Source of the DNA: a virus
Taxonomy: Duplodnaviria; Caudoviricetes
Virus record (IMG/VR): IMGVR_UViG_2799112420_000002
Location: 1,598-65,597 of that record
Direction: 5' to 3' (one strand)
DNA length: 64,000 bases
Made by a program: the position numbers and the translations under genes. The notes beneath the pieces were generated by a model. It was not told the origin of the DNA. It did not search any database and saw only the letters and a list, made by a program, of their open reading frames with translations. This document shows positions 1 to 8,090 of this stretch, piece after piece. How positions within the stretch are numbered: position 1 is the first letter of the stretch; every line of letters begins with the position of its first letter.

Positions 1-134
1 TCAACAGGTGTTTTGGAAATCTTTTCGATAATTGTATCCAGCCCGAGGTCATGCAGAACGGTTTCTGGAACCTCATGGTAATTATCAAAGTTCCGGTTCG
101 GGAAGAGAATGCTCAGCGGTTCGTTCGTACTCAT
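1..134 (-). CDS. Partial host gene (5' end), possibly a MutS-domain family protein
   Basis: Reading frame from ATG at 134 runs off the window (MSTNEPLSILFPNRNFDNYHEVPETVLHDLGLDTII...). It lies outside the att site. The family guess rests on the N-terminal pattern only. Confidence 0.35.
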   Translation of the reverse strand, partial: MSTNEPLSILFPNRNFDNYHEVPETVLHDLGLDTIIEKISKTPV

Positions 135-270
135 GCGATAGCTACACCTTTCAAAGCTTTTGCCGGGGTCGGCGGAAATGAGAGTTGCTGAAAAAGAACA
201 TATGAAACAGTAATATCAGATTCCATCTTACACGTTTCATGCCGAAAAGCAAGCAAGACTTGTAAAAAAG

Positions 271-303
271 AAACAAAAAACGGAAGTGGATTTTCCACTT
301 CCG
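271..303 (-). terminator. Rho-independent terminator downstream of the tRNA fragment
   Basis: Perfect 10-bp stem CGGAAGTGGA-ttt-TCCACTTCCG (281-303), followed on the minus strand by a T-rich tract. Confidence 0.75.
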
Positions 304-306
304 AAC

Positions 307-349
307 GTCTGGGTGAGAAGATTCGAACTTCCGGCCTCTTGAACCCCAT
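307..349 (-). tRNA. 3' fragment of tRNA-Pro(GGG); prophage attachment site (displaced tRNA half)
   Basis: Minus strand reads ATGGGGT-TCAAG-AGGCC-GGAAG-TTCGAAT-CTTC-TCACCCAGAC: anticodon loop with GGG, T-arm and 3' acceptor strand. No intact D-arm or 5' acceptor strand upstream. It abuts the integrase 3' end. Confidence 0.85.
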
Positions 350-376
350 TTAAGGCACTACATGAACCGCAAACGC

Positions 377-1621
377 TTATTTGTCAACGTGTACACGCTT
401 CGAGATTTTGCTCTGCATATCATTTTGCATATGAAAGACCTTCCGATTGAGGTTTTTGACGGTCCTCTTAACCCGGTCCTCCGGAGGATGATCATAGATC
501 CGGAGGATCATTTTTTCATCCGCGTGGCCCATCCATAAAATGGCTAATTTGATATCGACACCGGCGTCTCTGAGCATGGTGCAGTAGCTGTGCCTGAGGT
601 CATGGGGCCGGATCGTGACTTTTTTCCATTCGCGCAGCCGGTACGCCTCTGCGTCATTAGGATCTTTGCGGTACCTGCGCTGGTATTCCTTCCATTCCTC
701 CGGATGGTCCTGGATCCATTCTTTGGTTTTGTGGAACCATCTCCGCTGGGAGCAGCCGTTGATGTGCGCTTCCAACTGCATCTTGTAATGATTCCACATG
801 GACCGCCAGGAGCTGGACGTCATGGTTTCCACCTGCTTCATAGGGCAGATCATGCCGTGCTGATCCTTCAGTTCTTTCTCCAGGATGTCCAGCAGCGGGA
901 TTTCCCGCTTTCCGGCTTCCGTCTTTGGATCTGACTCTATTCCTTTGTTTCCTTCAAAATGGATCGCTGTTCTGACGGAGATGATATCCCGTTCGAAGTC
1001 GACATTATCATCAATGTTGAAAGCCATTGCCTCGCCGCGCCGGAGCCCGGCATAGCGCATCAGGAGCACCGCCAGCCGCAGGTCCGCAGGGCAGTTGAGT
1101 ATCAGGTCATCCTCTTCTTTGGACAGGGCTCTGTGGGTCCCTGATGTGCCGTCATGCGGCTGCGCACCCTTTGCGCGACACGGATTGAATTTGACAACGC
1201 GGTCCTCGATCGCACAGTCCCACATATCAACATAGAGCATCCGTGCCTTTCGGATCGTACTGGCCGACTGGCCCAGGAAGAGGTTGTACACGTCCTTGAT
1301 GTCTGACGGCGTGACGTCCTTCATCGGAATGCTGCCGATCTTCGATACAAGTTTGTTCAGATAGTTCTTGTATGAGTTGTACGTGTTCGTAGCCACAGAG
1401 GCCTTGTGCACCGGGAGCCAGTCGTAGGCATACTCAAACACCGTGGTAGGAGATTCGATGTAATCGCCGCCTTCCATGGCATCCTTATAAGCCTTCCGCA
1501 TGGCCAGCGCTTCTTTTTCATCATAGGACATGAACTGCTTTCCCTTATAGACAGCGCAGTATCTCCCGTCTTTGCGCTGCTTCAGGTGCTGTTGTTTTTC
1601 GCGCGGCATTGTGGAATCCAC
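377..1621 (-). CDS. int: Phage tyrosine integrase
   Basis: Catalytic motifs AGLRRGE, HDLRH, GHADEKM and IY; adjacent to the att site. Start may be ATG at 1609. Confidence 0.95.
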   Translation of the reverse strand: MDSTMPREKQQHLKQRKDGRYCAVYKGKQFMSYDEKEALAMRKAYKDAMEGGDYIESPTTVFEYAYDWLPVHKASVATNTYNSYKNYLNKLVSKIGSIPMKDVTPSDIKDVYNLFLGQSASTIRKARMLYVDMWDCAIEDRVVKFNPCRAKGAQPHDGTSGTHRALSKEEDDLILNCPADLRLAVLLMRYAGLRRGEAMAFNIDDNVDFERDIISVRTAIHFEGNKGIESDPKTEAGKREIPLLDILEKELKDQHGMICPMKQVETMTSSSWRSMWNHYKMQLEAHINGCSQRRWFHKTKEWIQDHPEEWKEYQRRYRKDPNDAEAYRLREWKKVTIRPHDLRHSYCTMLRDAGVDIKLAILWMGHADEKMILRIYDHPPEDRVKRTVKNLNRKVFHMQNDMQSKISKRVHVDK

Positions 1622-1647
1622 TCCTGTTCCGATACATCATGTTGTTG

Positions 1648-1676
1648 TTGACAACAAAAATTCGAAGTACTATTAT
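1648..1676 (+). promoter_or_regulatory. Sigma-A promoter for a putative ~55-nt RNA
   Basis: TTGACA (1648-1653), 17-bp spacer, TATTAT (1671-1676). Confidence 0.7.
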
Positions 1677-1681
1677 TTAAT

Positions 1682-1736
1682 TACTGCATCACCTCGTCCC
1701 GCATGAAGGCTTGCCTGATTGCGGGCCTTTTTATTT
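1682..1736 (+). ncRNA. Putative small RNA antisense to the hicA ribosome-binding site
   Basis: Lies between the promoter at 1648 and the terminator at 1706-1736. Bases 1684-1697 are complementary at 13/14 positions to 1786-1799 (hicA SD region). Confidence 0.45.
1706..1736 (+). terminator. Rho-independent terminator
   Basis: Stem AAGGCTTGC/GCGGGCCTT (with G-U pairs) followed by TTTATTT. Confidence 0.6.
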
Positions 1737-1739
1737 CCC

Positions 1740-1768
1740 TTGACAATACGTATTATACGTGTTAAGAT
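1740..1768 (+). promoter_or_regulatory. hicAB promoter with palindromic operator
   Basis: TTGACA, 17-bp spacer, TAAGAT. The spacer holds the inverted repeat ACGTA-TTA-TACGT (1748-1760), a likely HicB autorepression site. Confidence 0.75.
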
Positions 1769-1800
1769 ACATACAGCCAGATGAAACGAGGTGACGCAGA

Positions 1801-1986
1801 ATGGTTTTAACTGGCAAACAACTTGTGAAGCGACTGCTGGAAGAGGGGTGGATGCTGGACAGGATCTCCGGAAGCCATTACATCATGGTTAAGGGCGAGA
1901 AGACGATCTCGGTTCCCGTCCATGGCAACAAGGATCTTCCGCAAGGTCTGCTAAACAAGTTACTTAAGCAGGCGGGCCTCACCTGA
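1801..1986 (+). CDS. hicA: HicA mRNA interferase toxin
   Basis: 61 aa with the GSHYIM..VPVHG.KDL..GLL..LLKQAGL signature. Confidence 0.92.
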   Translation: MVLTGKQLVKRLLEEGWMLDRISGSHYIMVKGEKTISVPVHGNKDLPQGLLNKLLKQAGLT

Positions 1987-2022
1987 GGCCCGGTCCTGCA
2001 CATCATAAAAGGAGGTATCCTG

Positions 2023-2400
2023 ATGAAAACTGCGTATCCCGCTGTTGTGCATGAAGAAAACGGTTCGTTCTGGGTCGAGTTTCCAGATCTGGAAGGCTGC
2101 TTCAGCGAAGGAGGGACAATAGCGGACGCAATCTCCAATGCCGCGGATGCTCTGGGCGGGTTTCTTTGCTCCTTAATGGACAGAGGCATCGAAGCTCCGA
2201 AAGCGTCGGACGCAAAGGAGATCGACCCTGAAGGTGGCTTTGCGACCATCATTGTCACCGATCCGCTTTCCTACAAAAGAAGCACCAGATCCGTGAAGAA
2301 GACTCTGACTATTCCGGAATGGCTGAACGATGAAGCTGAAAAGCGTCACGTCAACTTCTCGTCAGTCCTGCAAAAAGCCTTAATCGCCATCATTCAATGA
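2023..2400 (+). CDS. hicB: HicB antitoxin
   Basis: YPAVV...FWVEFPDLEGCFSEG N-terminal domain and C-terminal RHH (KKTLTIPEWLN); follows hicA. Confidence 0.92.
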   Translation: MKTAYPAVVHEENGSFWVEFPDLEGCFSEGGTIADAISNAADALGGFLCSLMDRGIEAPKASDAKEIDPEGGFATIIVTDPLSYKRSTRSVKKTLTIPEWLNDEAEKRHVNFSSVLQKALIAIIQ

Positions 2401-2413
2401 CCCGGCCCCTTAC

Positions 2414-2446
2414 GCCGTCCCTGATCAGGGACGGCATTTTTCTTTT
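2414..2446 (+). terminator. Terminator between the convergent hicB and cI genes
   Basis: Perfect 22-bp palindrome GCCGTCCCTGATCAGGGACGGC followed by a T tract. Confidence 0.75.
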
Positions 2447-2462
2447 GGGTCCGGAAGTCGGA

Positions 2463-2885
2463 TTATTTTCCCTGGCTTCCGGTTTCTTTCAATAATAATG
2501 TATCTTCTCTTAATGCCGCCGAGACCTTTTCGACTATCCTATCTTCCATTGCTTCCAGATAGGCAGTCTGCTCCTGGGTAAATGGTGGCTTTTTGGTCGG
2601 TTTGAAATCTCTGGGCTGCTCAGCGGCTTTTTCGTTCTGGTGGATTACTTCATTATATTGTACAGGCGCGATGTGATCCGGATAACCTTCCGGAATAGGA
2701 GCAAGCCCGACAACGCAGTCAATAGAAACGCCAAAAATCCTCGACAGCTGGATAGCCGTCTCGAGAGATGGAGTTTTCTTTTCGCTTTCCCACTCGCTGA
2801 TCGATGCTTGCTTAGATCCGAGCCTGTTTGCCACATCTTCCTGACTTAGATGCGCTCGTTTACGGAGTTCCTTCATATTATTCAC
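2463..2885 (-). CDS. CI-like Xre/HTH_3 repressor, no S24 peptidase domain
   Basis: N-terminal HTH (LSQEDVANRLG...SISEWES); divergent from a cro-like gene. Confidence 0.85.
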   Translation of the reverse strand: MNNMKELRKRAHLSQEDVANRLGSKQASISEWESEKKTPSLETAIQLSRIFGVSIDCVVGLAPIPEGYPDHIAPVQYNEVIHQNEKAAEQPRDFKPTKKPPFTQEQTAYLEAMEDRIVEKVSAALREDTLLLKETGSQGK

Positions 2886-2906
2886 TCAAATCACCTACAT
2901 AATTAT

Positions 2907-3000
2907 ATAGCTCACAGCAATAATAAAGCAAGATAAAAAAATATAGGGAAATGCTATTGACAGTACCATAGTAAAATGCTATATTATAGCAGGACACTAT
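2907..3000. promoter_or_regulatory. Lysis/lysogeny switch: four ATAG-N7-CTAT operators and a rightward promoter
   Basis: Operators at 2907-2921 (1 mismatch), 2943-2957, 2968-2982 and 2986-3000. TTGACA (2957-2962), 17-bp spacer, TATATT (2980-2985). Confidence 0.8.
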
Positions 3001-3017
3001 GAAAGGAGGAAAACAGA

Positions 3018-3224
3018 ATGATCAATGCGCGGGAAATCCGGAAGCAGAGAGGGCTGAAGCAGTGCGAGCTCGCTCGCATGGTAGGTCTTGAGCAGGGCAG
3101 TCTTTCTGACATCGAAAACGAGAAGAAAAATCCGAGCTTCGATGTTCTGATTCGTCTGGCCCTGGCGCTCGATTGCTCCCTGGATGAGCTTGTGGATGTG
3201 AAGTCACATCCCGCTGCTTCCTAA
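3018..3224 (+). CDS. Cro-like HTH regulator
   Basis: 68-aa Xre HTH (LKQCELARMVGLEQGSLSDIEN). Confidence 0.85.
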   Translation: MINAREIRKQRGLKQCELARMVGLEQGSLSDIENEKKNPSFDVLIRLALALDCSLDELVDVKSHPAAS

Positions 3225-3254
3225 TTAAAAATACGACAAAAAGAGGGTATCAAA

Positions 3255-3713
3255 ATGGCTGTATTTTCAGGAATGGACCTGCGCAACTGGCGAAATTCGA
3301 AGAATATCAGCGCAGAAGAGCTGGGGATGCGGATAGGCTACGATGCCTCGACGATCTACCGCATTGAAAAAGAAGTGCAGACGCCGGGCCCCAAGGAAAT
3401 GATGCTGATCTGCGACGCGCTCGGAGACAGATCCAAGTGGGATGCCTGGATGCGGACCGTTTATCCGGAAAGCTACGGAAGAATGGTCCCGGAGCCGGTT
3501 CCTTACGGACTGGAAGGATCCATCCTGACGTTGAAAAGCGAGATGAAGGATCTGAAAGGCCTGATGCAGGAAACGATCCGGGACGGCGCGGACGGAAAGA
3601 TTGACAGCGTCATGTTGCGGGAGAAGCTGCTGAAGGAGCTGACAGAGCTCATGAGCGCGGCCCAGGGCATGATCCAGCTGCTGACGGAAAGGAGCGGTGG
3701 AAATGGCGCTTAG
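3255..3713 (+). CDS. Xre-HTH phage regulatory protein with helical C-terminal domain
   Basis: N-terminal HTH (SAEELGMRIGYDASTIYRIEK); C-terminus contains DGKID. Confidence 0.7.
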   Translation: MAVFSGMDLRNWRNSKNISAEELGMRIGYDASTIYRIEKEVQTPGPKEMMLICDALGDRSKWDAWMRTVYPESYGRMVPEPVPYGLEGSILTLKSEMKDLKGLMQETIRDGADGKIDSVMLREKLLKELTELMSAAQGMIQLLTERSGGNGA

Positions 3714-3954
3714 AAAGCTGTACTTCGTGGATGACGTCGTTGAGAGGTACCGCTGCGGATCCAAGGATACAGCCAGGCGGTACATGCGGCAGATGGGCGC
3801 TAAAGGATGTCCGCTCTTCGTTACGGAGGAAATGATCACCGAATGGGAGGACAGCAAGCGGGAGAAAGAGGTAGAAGCTCCAACTCCGAAGAAACGCAAG
3901 CGCCGCAAGCTGCTTCCGAGCGAGATGATAATCCCCGGCCGGAAGGTTGGGTAA
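3697..3954 (+). CDS. Small basic protein, excisionase/HTH-like
   Basis: 85 aa; winged-HTH-like N-terminus, Lys/Arg-rich tail, early-operon position. Confidence 0.45.
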   Translation: MEMALRKLYFVDDVVERYRCGSKDTARRYMRQMGAKGCPLFVTEEMITEWEDSKREKEVEAPTPKKRKRRKLLPSEMIIPGRKVG

Positions 3955-3975
3955 TTGAATAAGGAGGGTATCAAG

Positions 3976-4281
3976 ATGGGCTACGTGATTGAGAAGGGCA
4001 CGATCCAGTGGGCACGGAAGCGGGTCCAGCAGCTGCAGGAAGCCAGGCTGGAAATTGGAAACGCGGTCGACAGAGCGGAAAGCATTCCGACGGATCTGAG
4101 AGGCGGGGCGCTGCTGATGGATGATCAGCCGGACTCCGACGTGATGCGTTCATTCGCGGATGACTACGATAAGCTGAACAAACAGCTGCAGAAGGCGTTC
4201 TCCGGAATGGAAAAGGATCTGAAAGCGCTCCGGACCGGAATCCGGAAGTACGAGGAGGCCAGTCATGACTATGATTCCTGA
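3976..4281 (+). CDS. Hypothetical coiled-coil protein
   Basis: Strong RBS before ATG at 3976. Confidence 0.6.
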   Translation: MGYVIEKGTIQWARKRVQQLQEARLEIGNAVDRAESIPTDLRGGALLMDDQPDSDVMRSFADDYDKLNKQLQKAFSGMEKDLKALRTGIRKYEEASHDYDS

Positions 4282-4477
4282 CGCGCCATGGATCCGGGAT
4301 GCGGAACTGAACGGAGTTCCCGCGGACGATCCGATCATCTGCCCCTGCTGTGGGGCCGAAGCTGAGAGGTTTTTCTTCTACAACGGCGGGACTGACATTA
4401 TCGGATGCGACAGCTGCATCGAAAGCAAGGACGCATGGGAAGTAGAGATTGAAAAGGAGGACCGTGACTATGACTAA
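4265..4477 (+). CDS. Small CxxC zinc-ribbon protein
   Basis: CPCCG and CDSC motifs; overlaps its neighbours in operon fashion. Confidence 0.65.
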   Translation: MTMIPDAPWIRDAELNGVPADDPIICPCCGAEAERFFFYNGGTDIIGCDSCIESKDAWEVEIEKEDRDYD

Positions 4478-4643
4478 CGTTGGACGCTACTGGGACTGCC
4501 CGGCACACATCAAGATCCGCGGGAACCACAGGACATTCCGTCAGTGGTTGCTCCGGAAGTTCTTCCGGCCGGTGGAATATCCGGATCTTCTGATGATCAG
4601 TGATTATCATCCTGCCTACTATCCGTCCGGATATAAAAAGTGA
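4470..4643 (+). CDS. Hypothetical protein
   Basis: AAGGAGG RBS precedes ATG at 4470. Confidence 0.5.
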   Translation: MTNVGRYWDCPAHIKIRGNHRTFRQWLLRKFFRPVEYPDLLMISDYHPAYYPSGYKK

Positions 4644-4749
4644 CCTCCGGAGCGGGCACTCCGGAGATCGAGGTCAATCGAGGGTATCAATTGGACCAAG
4701 GTTATTATAACCGGTTTCCCGGTTAAAAACAAGAAGGAGGGTATCAAAA

Positions 4750-5646
4750 TTGGAAAACGAGCTGATTATTGTCAAGCAGCTGCCGGTGATCGAGGATCAG
4801 CTGGCCGCAGTCAAGGCGAGCATTACTGAGCGGGTCAATCAGGCGCTCTCCCTGGTCTGCACGGAAGAAACCTACAAGGATGTGAAGAAGGTCCGCTCCG
4901 ATCTGAATAAGGAATACGCGGAGCTGGAGACCAGGAGGAAGGAAGTCAAGGCCGCGGTCATGGCTCCCTATGAGAAATTCGAGGCAGTTTACAAGGACTG
5001 TGCCGGAGATCTGTACAAGGACGCTGATCTGAAGCTGAAGCAGAAGATCGCTGAAGTGGAAAACGGCCTGCGGAAGCAGAAGGAAGAAAAGCTCCTGGAT
5101 TGGTTCAACGAGTATCGCGAGAGCAACGGAATCGAAGCTGACTTTGTGGCCTTCGATGACACCGGGATCAAGGTTGGCCTGACGGACAGCCTCACCAGTC
5201 TGAAGAAGCGGGCCAAAGATTTCCTGGACCACATCGTGGATGACCTGAAGGCGATCGCTACTCATGAGGACCGCGACGAGATCATGACGGAGTACAGGCG
5301 TGGATACAATCTGGGTGTTTCCATGTCGACTGTCGCAGCCCGCCACAAGGCGATTGAGGACGCCAGGAAAGCCAGGGAGGAAGCGGAAGCCCGCCGGAAG
5401 GCCCAGGAGGAACAGCAGAAGTCCCTCGAGGCCGTGATTGCTGCTCAGGTTGCGCAGGAGGCCCCGGTTGCTGCTCCTGTGACCGTGGAGGTCGTAGAGT
5501 CCGTCCCGGAAGTGAGCCCTGTTCCTGAGGCTCCTGTGACCGAAAAAACGTATTCCACTTCATTCAGAGTTACCGGAACGCTGGAAAAGCTGAAGGCGCT
5601 GAAAGCGTTCCTGGTGGAAGGAGGCTATGAATATGAGCAGCTCTAA
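4750..5646 (+). CDS. DUF1351-like coiled-coil phage protein
   Basis: Helical 298 aa ending in LKAFLVEGGYEY; upstream of recT. Confidence 0.75.
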   Translation: MENELIIVKQLPVIEDQLAAVKASITERVNQALSLVCTEETYKDVKKVRSDLNKEYAELETRRKEVKAAVMAPYEKFEAVYKDCAGDLYKDADLKLKQKIAEVENGLRKQKEEKLLDWFNEYRESNGIEADFVAFDDTGIKVGLTDSLTSLKKRAKDFLDHIVDDLKAIATHEDRDEIMTEYRRGYNLGVSMSTVAARHKAIEDARKAREEAEARRKAQEEQQKSLEAVIAAQVAQEAPVAAPVTVEVVESVPEVSPVPEAPVTEKTYSTSFRVTGTLEKLKALKAFLVEGGYEYEQL

Positions 5647-6601
5647 CATTGTCGCCCAGAAGCAGCGCTTCTCTGTCGCGATCACGACGGACAGCTACAA
5701 AAAGCTGATCAACAACACGCTGCAGGACCCTGCCCGCGCTCAGCGGTTCGTTGCTTCCATCACTTCCGCAGTGGCCGTGAATCCGGCCCTGCAGGAGTGC
5801 ACCCCGCCGACCATTATCGCTGGTGCGCTCCTGGGAGAGAGCCTGAACCTCTCTCCCTCTCCGCAGCTGGGTCAGTACTATCTGGTGCCCTTTAAGACGA
5901 AAGTAAAGGGACCCGACGGGAAGCAGCTGTATCAGACCGACGCGGCCGGGAACAAGGTCCTGGACGCGAATGGAAAATGGATTCCGATCACCGAGTCCCG
6001 CGCTCAGTTTGTCCTCGGATATAAAGGTTATATCCAGCTGGCGATCCGGAGCGGGCAGTATTCCGATATAGATGTAATGGAAATCCGGGAGGGAGAGTAC
6101 CTCGGAAAGGATCCGCAGACCGGAAAGCCCCGCTTCCTGTTCATTGAGGACGATGAGCTCAGAGATAAGCTTCCGGTTGTTGGATATATGGCGTATTTCG
6201 AGTATCTCAACGGATTCCGGAAAGTTATGTACTGGTCCAAGGAAAAGATGATGGCCCATGCGGACAACTTTTCTGCGGCATTCAGCGCGGAGGCTTACAA
6301 ACGGATCCAGGCCGGTGAAGTCTCTGACCAGGACATGTGGAAGTATTCCAGCTTCTGGTACAAGAACTTCGATGACATGGCAAAGAAGACGCTGCTGCGG
6401 CAGCTGATCTCCCGCTGGGGAATCATGTCCATCGAGATGCAGCGCGGATATGTTGGAGACTCCAACTTCATCCAGGTTGAAAACGGCGAATTCGTGAATG
6501 TACCGGAGGAGCGTGTGGAGGGGCTGCAGCCTCAGCCCCGGGAGGAAGCGCCCGCTGCTCCGACAGCACAGGCCGAGAGCGTTAACCTTGCGGATCTGTG
6601 A
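5627..6601 (+). CDS. recT: RecT-family single-strand annealing protein
   Basis: LSPSPQLGQYYLVPF, AQFVLGYKGYIQLAIRSGQY and MAKKTLLRQL motifs. Confidence 0.9.
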   Translation: MNMSSSNIVAQKQRFSVAITTDSYKKLINNTLQDPARAQRFVASITSAVAVNPALQECTPPTIIAGALLGESLNLSPSPQLGQYYLVPFKTKVKGPDGKQLYQTDAAGNKVLDANGKWIPITESRAQFVLGYKGYIQLAIRSGQYSDIDVMEIREGEYLGKDPQTGKPRFLFIEDDELRDKLPVVGYMAYFEYLNGFRKVMYWSKEKMMAHADNFSAAFSAEAYKRIQAGEVSDQDMWKYSSFWYKNFDDMAKKTLLRQLISRWGIMSIEMQRGYVGDSNFIQVENGEFVNVPEERVEGLQPQPREEAPAAPTAQAESVNLADL

Positions 6602-7281
6602 TTGATTATCAAATCCTCTCCACGGGATCCTCCGGGAACGCCGTAATCGTCAACAAGGCTGTGCTGATCGATTGCGGCGTCCCGTACAGGGCCGTGGAGC
6701 CCTTCATTAAGGACCTGAAGCTAATCCTGCTGACGCACATCCATGGAGACCACTTCAAGGCATCCACGATCCGGAAGATTGCCGCAGAACGACCGCTGAT
6801 CCGGTTTGGTGCCCCTGAGTGGCTGATCATGCCGCTCAGGGATGCCGGGGTCAGTCTGAAGCAGGTGCTTCTTCTGAAGCCAGGATTCCGGTACAGCATG
6901 GGGATCTGTGACGTGATCCCAGTCCCGCTGGTCCATGACGTTCCGAATCAGGGATACAAGATCCATTTCCCAGGCGGGAAGATGATTTACGCAACGGATA
7001 CGGTCAACATGAATGGGATCACGGCTGAGAACTTTGACCTGTACATGGTCGAGGCCAACTACGGAGACGAGGAAATCCAGCAGCGGATCAATGATAAAAA
7101 GGCCAGCGGAGAGTACATCTACGAGAAGCGCGTACTGAAGACCCATTTATCCCGGGAGAAATGTAACGACTGGATCTACCGAAACGCAGGTCCGCAGAGT
7201 GAGATCATTTACCTGCACGGTCACAGGGAGGACGAGACGGATGCAGCAAGCGATGATAGGGGAGCTGAAGGGGCTGTCTAA
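6598..7281 (+). CDS. MBL-fold metallo-hydrolase (phage exonuclease partner of RecT)
   Basis: STGSSGNA, THIHGDH, HDV, TDT, EANY and THLS motifs. Confidence 0.88.
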   Translation: MIDYQILSTGSSGNAVIVNKAVLIDCGVPYRAVEPFIKDLKLILLTHIHGDHFKASTIRKIAAERPLIRFGAPEWLIMPLRDAGVSLKQVLLLKPGFRYSMGICDVIPVPLVHDVPNQGYKIHFPGGKMIYATDTVNMNGITAENFDLYMVEANYGDEEIQQRINDKKASGEYIYEKRVLKTHLSREKCNDWIYRNAGPQSEIIYLHGHREDETDAASDDRGAEGAV

Positions 7282-7822
7282 AGACTTCGACGGCCGCCAG
7301 ATCATCTCTGTTGCTGTCCAGGCTGACTTCCGGGAAGAGTACGACGATCTCAAGGATGGGAAAGTGACCGTCGTTATCAAGAAATACCGAAAAGGCCGAA
7401 GCCTCGATGCGAACGCAATGGCGTGGAGTCTCATAAACCAGATCGCAGCCAAACTGCAGGAAAAGGAGCCGAGGCACGGATGGACTCCGGAGGAAGTGTA
7501 TCGGACGGCAATAAGGGACGTCGCAGGAGCTTGTACAGTGCACTGCGTTCCGGATGATCAGATCCAGCAGTTTATAGAGGACTGGCAAAGCCTGGGAATA
7601 GGATTCCAGGTCGAAACATTTCCCAGCCGGATTGATGGCTGCACGAACGCAAAATTCTGGAAGGGATCCCACCTGTACGACACGCAGCAAATGTCTACAC
7701 TAATCAACATTCTTATCCAGGAGGCCGAGCAGCAGGGTATACATACGATCACAGACAAGGAGATCCAGAAAAAGCTCGAAGGGTGGCAGAAGGCGTATGA
7801 CAAGAAGCATTCTCCAGGATGA
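7241..7822 (+). CDS. NinB/Orf-like recombination protein
   Basis: RSLDANAMAW and YDTQQMSTLI..LIQEAEQQGI patterns. Confidence 0.6.
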   Translation: MQQAMIGELKGLSKDFDGRQIISVAVQADFREEYDDLKDGKVTVVIKKYRKGRSLDANAMAWSLINQIAAKLQEKEPRHGWTPEEVYRTAIRDVAGACTVHCVPDDQIQQFIEDWQSLGIGFQVETFPSRIDGCTNAKFWKGSHLYDTQQMSTLINILIQEAEQQGIHTITDKEIQKKLEGWQKAYDKKHSPG

Positions 7823-8075
7823 AAAAGTCTGCTACCTGTGTCCCAGGTCCTTTGGGCTTGAAAAGCATCACATTCTATCAGGGGTGGCCAACAGAAGGCT
7901 GTCTGAAAAGTACGGTCTCTGGGTCTACCTCTGCCAGGAACATCACACAGGAAAGAAGGGAGCGCAGTATGAGAAAGATCTGAACCGGTTGCTGAAGCAG
8001 CAAGCACAGATAGCGTTTGAAGCCATTCACGGTCACGATCTGTGGATGAAGGTTTTTCGAAAAAACTATTTATGA
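7797..8075 (+). CDS. Small HNH-like Zn-binding phage protein
   Basis: CYLC...HHI...VYLC.EHH. Confidence 0.6.
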   Translation: MTRSILQDEKVCYLCPRSFGLEKHHILSGVANRRLSEKYGLWVYLCQEHHTGKKGAQYEKDLNRLLKQQAQIAFEAIHGHDLWMKVFRKNYL

Positions 8076-8090
8076 AGAGAGGGTATCAAA

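Noticed and set aside
131-349. 72-aa ORF on the minus strand
   Set aside because: It overlaps the tRNA fragment and terminator and has no coding signal.
307-380. Intact tRNA-Pro gene
   Set aside because: Only the anticodon loop to the acceptor 3' strand is present. The upstream sequence cannot form the D-arm or 5' acceptor strand.
1620-3020. LexA/DinR SOS box controlling induction
   Set aside because: No GAAC-N4-GTTC match noticed in the int, hicAB or cI/cro intergenic regions.
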